Below are positions 1-6,581 of a DNA stretch of 7,824 nucleotides, one piece after another (position 1 is the stretch's first letter; the number at the start of each line of letters is the position of its first letter). This stretch comes from Amoeboradix gromovi X-113 (taxonomy: Eukaryota; Fungi; Sanchytriomycota), in contig JADGIF010000481.1 of the NCBI GenBank assembly GCA_018985225.1, forward strand, positions 1-7,824, in the 5' to 3' direction. A program made the translations under genes and the position numbers. The notes beneath the pieces were generated by a model. That model was not told where the DNA came from. It searched no databases and saw only the letters and a program-made list of their open reading frames with translations.

Positions 1-363
1 GATTTTGTAAGACTAGCGTTAGTAAATTTATTTATACTTTTTAGTGCTTGAGTATGGGCTGTGTATTTCAGTAACCCGCTTCAAAATTGTTATGGAAAGA
101 CCAAACTAAACACTGGTCACTGAATTTCTGCTAAAAAATGGAGAAGATCAAAGTACAGAGACGAAAAGACAGCAGAATTATTCACCTACACTTGGTGGTC
201 AAGTGCTATCCTTTAGCTCGGTTGACCTAGTTTTATATTGGCTGTCCTACTGGTAGCTTGTCAATCATTATTCGATTGGATCTCTATGATTGACTGATTT
301 TTAATGGCCAATCATAATTAGAATCAAAAGGTATATAATGCGAGTACACTGTTGATTTAAGAA

Positions 364-957
364 ATGTCAGAGACTGCAGCATCAAGCACAGGAAGAATTC
401 TTAACATGACCAGAGGAGTAGCATCAGCGCCATTAGGATGGGTTAAGGAGTTCAAAGTATTTTTGATTAAAGGAAACGTTATTGCATTAGCGATTGCATT
501 TGTTATGGGTAACGCATTTCAGGCTATTGTAACTTCATTCGTTGTTAATTTTATGAATCCAATTATTGGTTTGGCTAGTGTTAACAATCTTGATTTGTTG
601 TATGTTGCTATTAAAGGAAACAACAAAGATGCCAATGGTAAACCGTATGCTACGCCAGCAGATGCTAACAAAAATGGAGTAGTGACTCTCAATTTAGGAG
701 CAATTCTGTCCTCTATTATTCTGTTTATACTAATCTCGTTGTTCTGTTTCCTTATGACAAAAATATTGATTGACAGTATCATGAAGCAGAAGAAAGAAGA
801 TCCAACGACCAAACCATGTGCAATGTGCTGCGAAGATGTTAAACTACTTGCAGTAATTTGCCCCTACTGCCAATGTAAAAATCCGATAAGAGAAATGAAA
901 ATTAGCGATTCTGGCAATTTACAGGAGATGGAAGAAGCTTCTGTGGTACCAAAATAA
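364..957 (+). CDS. mscL: MscL-family large-conductance mechanosensitive channel with C-terminal CxxC-x10-CxxC zinc ribbon
   Basis: EFKVFLIKGNVIALAIAFVMGNAFQAIVTSFVVNFMNPIIG matches the MscL N-terminal helix and TM1 (E. coli [41 protein letters not shown]). Loop ...PYATPADANKNGVVTLNLG is followed by a hydrophobic TM2. The tail contains CAMC-x10-CPYC. Confidence 0.9.
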   Translation: MSETAASSTGRILNMTRGVASAPLGWVKEFKVFLIKGNVIALAIAFVMGNAFQAIVTSFVVNFMNPIIGLASVNNLDLLYVAIKGNNKDANGKPYATPADANKNGVVTLNLGAILSSIILFILISLFCFLMTKILIDSIMKQKKEDPTTKPCAMCCEDVKLLAVICPYCQCKNPIREMKISDSGNLQEMEEASVVPK

Positions 958-958
958 A
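953..958 (+). terminator. Putative polyadenylation signal AATAAA overlapping the mscL stop
   Basis: aaTAAa includes the TAA at 955-957. Confidence 0.5.
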
Positions 959-1100
959 TTTTGTAGTTATTTGTTTAAAGGTTGATTCGTCAAACTCTAG
1001 CTAACGACGTCTTGTGACTTGTAGCTCTCCGTAACACTCTTTCAGATTCACTGATTGGTAGCATGAGCTACTAAATAAATCGCTTGAGCTCCAAAGTAAA

Positions 1101-1616
1101 ATGGAAAACGAACTGCTAATTAATGAGAGTCCTTTGATATGCTGGTGCTGCTGGGAATCTGAGTTCACCGATGAAAATCCATTAATTAGAGCATGCAAGT
1201 CTTGCAAAGATCGTGACCTGCAATACATACATAGAAATTGTATTGAGGGGTTTTTGAACAATCTACCTTCGAAAGAGACTACTGAGTTTAGATGTTCTCG
1301 TTGTTTGGATCCTTACAAAGTAGAAGTTTCTTGGTCGACTTTTAAGACCATAAGGGAGACGCCATTGATAATCTTGCCAATCGCAGTTATATCCTCATTC
1401 CTAATTACTTCCATCTGCTTCGTTTTCGCGATGACTTCAACCACCGTAGTCGACTCTTCAGTTACCAGTTTTTTGCATATCACCGCAAGTCTTAGAACTT
1501 GGGCTTTGGCGGTTTTTTTATTGCAAACTGCTTTGACTGCGATATTCTTGTTTCTTCTGCATAGCACCCTCCCCAAATCAGCAATAGTCAAAATGAAAAT
1601 GGATGATTACTCTTAA
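1101..1616 (+). CDS. RING-CH (RINGv/MARCH-type) membrane E3 ubiquitin ligase-like protein with two TM helices
   Basis: C4HC3 ligand pattern C14-x2-C17-x14-C32-x2-C35-x8-H44-x2-C47-x17-C65-x2-C68, with PLIRAC and LQYIHRNC motifs. Two hydrophobic segments follow (LIILPIAVISSFLITSICFVFAM; WALAVFLLQTALTAIFLFLL). Confidence 0.8.
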   Translation: MENELLINESPLICWCCWESEFTDENPLIRACKSCKDRDLQYIHRNCIEGFLNNLPSKETTEFRCSRCLDPYKVEVSWSTFKTIRETPLIILPIAVISSFLITSICFVFAMTSTTVVDSSVTSFLHITASLRTWALAVFLLQTALTAIFLFLLHSTLPKSAIVKMKMDDYS

Positions 1617-1630
1617 TCATAGGTACTTTT

Positions 1631-1636
1631 AATAAA
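1631..1636 (+). terminator. Putative polyadenylation signal of the RING-CH gene
   Basis: AATAAA lies 14 nt after the stop. Confidence 0.4.
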
Positions 1637-1746
1637 AATTATTTTGCATTATTGAAATTGGACAACCAGCGAGGACAGAAAACGCAAAACAACTCTTTCT
1701 CTTTAGATTAATCACGCATAAGCTAAAGGAGTTTTTAATAAATCTA

Positions 1747-1752
1747 TTTATT
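1747..1752 (-). terminator. Putative polyadenylation signal overlapping the zinc-finger gene stop
   Basis: Minus strand caaTAAa. Confidence 0.5.
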
Positions 1753-2319
1753 GGTCAAAAAGCCTAGAAGAACTAGCCGCAAGCTTAGCAGCCATAGTTA
1801 TATCTTGTCTATTTGAATTTGGAAACCTCTTTATAAAATCTAAGCAGCGTTCTAGGTGTTTGCGCTTCGCATCACTTCTACCTTGTGTTTTAAGTAATTT
1901 CCCACAAAAATCACATGGTTGTCGGATTGAGTGTACTAAATAAGTAATGAATAACCATTATTTACATGTCGTATTACATCACTTTTATGTCTAAATTCTC
2001 TTGCACACATATTACAATAAAATATCTGCTTAAGATTTCCGTCCGCCCCGAACAAGTCTCTAGAACTATATTTAAATTTGGAGTTGAGATTTTTCTTTTT
2101 AGAGTGCTCTAATGGAGATTCCAAGGCTGGTTCCATTAATTCTTCGATATGAAGTGGAAAAAGCATTGGTGGAAATAATTCACCCTTTGGACTTGAAAAT
2201 TCATATGGCTGATTAATGTATAGTTCACTCTGAAAAGTACCTGGCAAGAATCTATCAAGAGACGCGTCCTTGACAAAGAAACTAGGTAATTCTGGTTTGT
2301 CCGAAGAAGTGGAATCCAT
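1748..2319 (-). CDS. Zinc-finger (C2H2 + C2HC) putative transcription factor, 183 aa, two exons: 2319-1956 and 1935-1748
   Basis: The ORF-track model stops in the middle of a finger. Removing 1955-1936 gives CNMC-x12-H-x4-H (CNMCAREFRHKSDVIRHVNNVH), then SIRQP, then CDFC-x15-H-x3-C (CDFCGKLLKTQGRSDAKRKHLERC). The frame stays open to TAA at 1750-1748, which overlaps AATAAA. The N-terminal region is S/P/E-rich. Confidence 0.8.
1936..1955 (-). other. 20-nt spliceosomal-type micro-intron (GTTATTCATTACTTATTTAG), phase 1
   Basis: GT...TAG boundaries and a U/A-rich interior. Its removal restores the H-x4-H ligand spacing and the downstream reading frame. The acceptor TAG is the in-frame stop of the unspliced ORF. 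Confidence 0.8.
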
Positions 2320-3158
2320 GTGGCTTATATTTTAGGTTTTTATTCTAAATATTAAAATGAAATATACTAATTACTCCTGCAACTTTTTAGCGAGATTTTG
2401 AGTTGATTTTCCTTCTTGAAATTCCCTTTGTGTCAAATGCGACGCATTCTACAAAACCTTTTTAAATCAAACATCTCAAAAATAAAAAAAATAGATGTTT
2501 TTAGATATTCCATGTTGAATCAGCTGTACTCGAGTCAAATACTCATTTGTTTCAATTCCTCTTCTTTCACTTTGAGGATTTGTTAAGATGCAGAAGAAGA
2601 CTGACAGTCCAGATAGAGCGCGGTGTTTGCAATGCACAGCTGTGTGAGCGTGCAGAGGAGGAAAGGTCGGTGACTCAAGTGATCGCATCTGGAAATTGCT
2701 GGCACAAAAGTCGGTAGAGGAATAGATAATCTCGGCAAAAAATGACCAAGAGAATATGCTCTAGACCAATCAAATTAACTAGGGAGTTATTACTTACATT
2801 TATGTATTGTAATCCATCTGGCCGTAGCCGTCCTGAATGCAAATCAGTTATAAAATAGACCAATTCAAGAAAGGTTATTGTAAGATTGATAATCTGAAAC
2901 TCGATGTTTCAATTAATCCATGTGAGACACCAAATATAAGACTAGACCAAGTCGTCTTTAAAGGAGGTGCTTCATAAGGAGGAAATACTATTATTAATAA
3001 AAGTCCTTCTTCCTTGCATTAATGTCATTCCTCTCTTTAAATATAACAAGACGACCACTGTCTCTTTCAAATAAGATCTCTGAGTGTCTAAGCAAAAGGT
3101 GCAACCAATAAGATTAATTTAATGTAATTTACTATCGGTTAATACACACTTGATATAA

Positions 3159-4130
3159 TGGTTCAAACTATTTAATAAAGTCAGTTTAATTTTTATACTT
3201 GATGTCCCTAATGTAAAAAGAGTAGATGAGCGAGTTGCTACTTACATTCTACCGGATAAATTATTTGGAGTGCTGCTAAATCTTGGAATTTTCTAAAATT
3301 TCCAGATCTGTCAGAAAGGTTTTGGGGATGACTTTTTCGAATTAATGGAAAAGATCCACATCGAACTGAGAAAAGCTGATCCTGAAAGAATTCAAAAGAC
3401 TTATAAAGATGATGAGTTGTATGATCAAATCCGAGAATGTTATTCTGGTGTTAATTTTGGATCTGATACTATAAAACTACGAAGTGATATTGAGAAATTG
3501 TAAAAGTTTGGGTTTAGCTTAACAAAAAAGAACATAGAGAACAAGCATATCGTATTATTATCAACGTATCTTATGAGTATTGAACGAAATCTAGTAAGAA
3601 ATTTTTTTGATGAACTTATTCTAGCGAGCAACAAGTTGTCAACGTCCGTACAGTATCATGAAAACCAAAAAAAACAGTTTAAATAGCTAGAATTGTTGAT
3701 TAAAGAAGCAATGATTACATAATTTAAGGCAGATGGATGGGAGACTTTTGAAATTCCCCCGAATAATGGAAAAAGTCATCTGCACTGGTTCAATGGGATG
3801 TTATGATAACTGCTGTAAAAGAAGATGAGAGAATCCTGTATATCGTGGAGGTAAAGAAAACGGGTCACGTCAATGATATTGAGGCTCTTGTTAGGAGATA
3901 TGAATCAACGCAAAGTTATCTAAGGATCTTCAAGACGATAATTTTTTAAAGAAAAAATGAATGAGCAATTCAAAGTACAAGGCTTGCAATTAAAATCTTA
4001 TATTGAGTAAAAACCATTTCTAGTATACGCAAGCGATCATTCACAGTCCATTGATTTGAAAGTGCAACCAAATCAAGGGCAAAGATTGCCTTGGTCCAAG
4101 ATGTAGGATAGCAATACTCTTCTTTAAACT
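3159..4130 (+). pseudogene. Degraded gene with a C-terminal PD-(D/E)XK restriction-endonuclease-like domain
   Basis: A protein-like frame runs from 3159 to about 3770, interrupted by stops at 3294 (TAA), 3501 (TAA), 3684 (TAG) and 3720 (TAA). After a frameshift it reads VQWDVMITAVKEDERILYIVEVKKT (D at 3797, E-V-K at 3848-3856). Further frameshifts near 3920-3957 and a TAA at 4008 precede KPFLVYASD. Both ends are approximate. Confidence 0.65.
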
Positions 4131-4333
4131 GTCACTCGCCAAAATCGTCTAAAATTTTAGGTCATGTACTGGTTGATTGCCTTAATAGTTAATGAACCCC
4201 CGAAACTATTTTGTTAATAGAGTTTATCCTTTGCTTGAGTTTTTTCATGATAATGCCAATTCAAGTGTTGGTTTGATAGCTTGACAAGACTATGTAAAAT
4301 AATTTTTGGTACTGTTCTATGACACTTAGGCCA

Positions 4334-4389
4334 GTAAGTTACTTTTTTTCTTTTTGGTCCCCTTTTAATCCCCAGTTTACCTGTTACAG
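4334..4389 (+). other. Candidate 56-nt intron upstream of the hydrolase ATG (GTAAGT ... pyrimidine tract ... TTACAG)
   Basis: Consensus donor GTAAGT at 4334, a long T/C tract and an acceptor CAG ending at 4389. Splicing joins ATG 4319 (MTLRP) in frame to AGC-ATG 4393. An alternative acceptor at 4375 is out of frame. Confidence 0.4.
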
Positions 4390-4400
4390 AGCATGTCCCA
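4363..4400 (+). repeat. Copy 1 of a 38-bp start-codon-overlapping element (TTTTAATCCCCAGTTTACCTGTTACAGAGCATGTCCCA)
   Basis: 33/38 ungapped identity to the reverse complement of 7772-7809 (manual alignment). The ATG falls at the same position in both copies. Confidence 0.85.
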
Positions 4401-5244
4401 TTTGTCATTCGAAGAGCATGATGGAATGAAATTCTACTACAGACACTTTGAGACAGATTCAGAAATCGGCTTAATATGGATCCACGGCTTGGGTGAGCAT
4501 GTTGATAGATATGAGCATTGTTTTGAGGTATGGAGTAAAAAATTGGAAATTATAACTTATGATCAACGTGGATTTGGACAAACTGTGCTTCAGAGTAACA
4601 GCCCTCTGGGCCATAATTACGGTTGGGATGTTGTTTTAGATGATGTTGTTTACTTTTCACAAAAACTGAAAGCAAAGAAAATATTCATTGGAGGTCATAG
4701 TATGGGAGGGCTAATTGCATTGTCTGTTCTTGACAAGATGATCAAGGAAAGTAACAAAGAAATTCTCGGTGTCTTTGCTACATCTCCAGCTATAAAGGCT
4801 GGCCCAGCCACCGATGCAAATGGATTTCTGAAATGGATAGTTTCTTGGCTAAGTGTAATTCTGCCTACAATGGGACTGCCTAGACCTGTGCCTGCTGAAT
4901 TATTGTGCCATGATCCAGCTGTAAACAAGGCCTACTCTGTAGACAGTCTTGTGCATCCTCACATGTCATTCCTCACTGGAAATTCTTTATTGAATGCAGG
5001 AAAAGACTTGATCGAAAACGCGCCTAGTTACAATCCCACCAATGTGCCTGTATTGATTGTATTTGGAAGCGTCGATATGATTGCAAATCCTGAGGCAGCA
5101 GAGAAATTCATTGAAAGTATTAAAACAACTGATAAGACGTACAAGCTTCATGAAGGAATGAAGCATGAGTTACACAATGAACCTCGAGTCAAAGAAGAAG
5201 TTATTCAATACAATTTGGACTGGATGTTAAGTAGAGTTAAGTAA
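4393..5244 (+). CDS. Alpha/beta hydrolase, monoglyceride lipase / lysophospholipase type (Hydrolase_4; Yju3/MGLL-like)
   Basis: HGLGEHVDRY oxyanion motif, YDQRGFGQT, nucleophile elbow GHSMGG, acid in GSVDMIA and catalytic His in KHELHNE. Confidence 0.9.
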   Translation: MSHLSFEEHDGMKFYYRHFETDSEIGLIWIHGLGEHVDRYEHCFEVWSKKLEIITYDQRGFGQTVLQSNSPLGHNYGWDVVLDDVVYFSQKLKAKKIFIGGHSMGGLIALSVLDKMIKESNKEILGVFATSPAIKAGPATDANGFLKWIVSWLSVILPTMGLPRPVPAELLCHDPAVNKAYSVDSLVHPHMSFLTGNSLLNAGKDLIENAPSYNPTNVPVLIVFGSVDMIANPEAAEKFIESIKTTDKTYKLHEGMKHELHNEPRVKEEVIQYNLDWMLSRVK

Positions 5245-5308
5245 ACAAAATCGTTTTTCAGTTTAAAGATAGCACATTAACGTAAAAGCAGAGTTGCTGA
5301 TTCATTAG

Positions 5309-5314
5309 TTTATT
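5309..5314 (-). terminator. Putative polyadenylation signal of TFB2
   Basis: Minus strand TAA-ct-AATAAA, 2 nt after the stop. Confidence 0.5.
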
Positions 5315-5316
5315 AG

Positions 5317-6522
5317 TTAAAGTCTAGTTAGTCTATTTTGCTCTGCAGTAATAAATGCCTTCATGTCATCATGACCATTCTCATCAATAAACATGTACCT
5401 ATCGGACTCACTGGACCATAGTAGCATGTCTAGCTTATGTGCATAGTTTAAAGTTGACTGGAAAAGCTGCAAAGTGGCAAAGTCGGAATACAAGTACCCA
5501 TTCGAATCTTTGATTCTATCTCTTTCGTTCTCCCATAAATGCAACTGGTCTTTTATGTTTACAGGTAGTTCGTTTTGCATTAATTCATGGCAATGGGTCT
5601 GCAAATAATCAATTATCTGATCAGCTGTAATGCCACAATCCAAGGCAGTTTTAACAGAATCTCGAGTTAATTGACCAGTTATCATGTTTTTGAATATTGT
5701 CTTCACAGTTATAAACAGTTTAAGTATAGATTTCTGTAGCTCACTAGTGCTATAGGCGTAGATCTTAAAATTCGTTTCAACAATTATGAAACGAGAGTTA
5801 ATACTTGTGTGTGCTATTTCTTTAACTAAGCAAGCGGTGAACTGAGTAGGATAAAAATAGCCGTCTTCAATATAACATAAGCCAAAGGTACTGAAATCAT
5901 CCAGTATGACTTTTTGAGTTTGATTCATTTTTGATAGATTGTATCCTTTGCTCACTTGTAAAAGAGTAAGATGGAATATAAATTGAACCACAGGTAGAAT
6001 CTGTAAATGTATTTCAGTTTTGACTAACTCTAGATAGACTGATAATATTGTCCAATATTGATTCGTGGTACTCTGTAGCAGAAACTGAAATCCCTTATTG
6101 GTAATAGAGTCTATCGAGAACAATTGAGCCTGCCTCATGATTTTGAGGATACTCTTCTTCATAGATGTAGTGCTGCTCCTAACCAAAGACTGTAATATTT
6201 CATTTAACTTTTCTTGTGCGTGTTCATTCGCAACTGTACTAGTCTTCTCAGGTTGCATTAGCTCAGGACACAAAATCATTTCTCTTAGGTTAGATTTGAA
6301 AGTTTGATTTAATTCAACTAGTTGATCACTGTGAATGATCTTCAATCTCTTCAAGAAAACATTTGTTTTTCTTTTTACTGGTTTGTTTAAAAACAAAAGA
6401 TGAAGTATTTCCAGCTGATCTTTTTGTGTTAATAGACGTAGCATTCCCAAGCATGCGTATTTGTCTTTGTACAAATCATTCAAATCTACTTGACTTTCGA
6501 TTAAAGTAAGAAAGGGGTGCAT
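5317..6522 (-). CDS. TFB2: TFIIH core subunit Tfb2 / p52 (GTF2H4)
   Basis: Diagnostic blocks ITNKGFQFLLQ, IIVETNFKIYAYSTSELQKSILKLF, GITADQIIDYLQTHCH, LPVNIKDQLHLWENERDR and GYLYSDF. Confidence 0.96.
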   Translation of the reverse strand: MHPFLTLIESQVDLNDLYKDKYACLGMLRLLTQKDQLEILHLLFLNKPVKRKTNVFLKRLKIIHSDQLVELNQTFKSNLREMILCPELMQPEKTSTVANEHAQEKLNEILQSLVRSSTTSMKKSILKIMRQAQLFSIDSITNKGFQFLLQSTTNQYWTILSVYLELVKTEIHLQILPVVQFIFHLTLLQVSKGYNLSKMNQTQKVILDDFSTFGLCYIEDGYFYPTQFTACLVKEIAHTSINSRFIIVETNFKIYAYSTSELQKSILKLFITVKTIFKNMITGQLTRDSVKTALDCGITADQIIDYLQTHCHELMQNELPVNIKDQLHLWENERDRIKDSNGYLYSDFATLQLFQSTLNYAHKLDMLLWSSESDRYMFIDENGHDDMKAFITAEQNRLTRL

Positions 6523-6575
6523 TGCAAAATAAATTTATATATTGATTTTTACAATAAATGTACTAAATGTAACGA

Positions 6576-6581
6576 TTTATT
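6576..6581 (-). terminator. Putative polyadenylation signal overlapping the TPA1 stop
   Basis: Minus strand TAAtaaa. Confidence 0.5.

Noticed and set aside
519-812. Antisense ORF (97 aa)
   Set aside because: Shadow of mscL with no recognisable motif.
1001-1591. Antisense ORFs 1001-1261 and 1313-1591
   Set aside because: Shadows of the RING-CH gene.
364-1616. Functional coupling of MscL and the RING-CH ligase, or a bacterial operon origin
   Set aside because: Adjacency alone is uninformative in so compact a genome. The neighbours are eukaryote-specific and there is no convincing prokaryotic signal.
1936-2319. Unspliced 127-aa ORF as the true gene
   Set aside because: It lacks the last His ligand. 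The spliced model explains the downstream finger and the stop/poly(A) site.
2469-2500. Hairpin AAACATCT-N16-AGATGTTT
   Set aside because: An 8-bp AT-rich stem is expected by chance, and there is no associated element.
3440-3634. Minus-strand 64-aa ORF
   Set aside because: Shadow of the plus-strand pseudogene frame.
3159-4130. TAA/TAG-to-Gln recoding, since the in-frame stops of the reconstructed gene are all TAA or TAG
   Set aside because: The same region needs several frameshifts. All six intact genes end cleanly in TAA and have no internal TAR codons, so pseudogenisation is simpler.
4363-4381. Superficial resemblance of TTTTAATCCCCAGTTTAC to nematode spliced leaders
   Set aside because: The match is short, gapped and low-complexity. 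The gene content and architecture are not nematode-like, so no homology is claimed.
4214-4928. Minus-strand ORFs 4214-4408 and 4695-4928
   Set aside because: The Lys-rich NLS-like stretch is simply the complement of the pyrimidine tract, and the second ORF is a shadow of the hydrolase.
364-5244. CUG codon reassignment
   Set aside because: CTG falls at positions where Leu or another hydrophobic residue is expected (RING-CH DLQYIH, hydrolase VILP, MscL GAIL). One ambiguous site in MscL TM2 is not enough.
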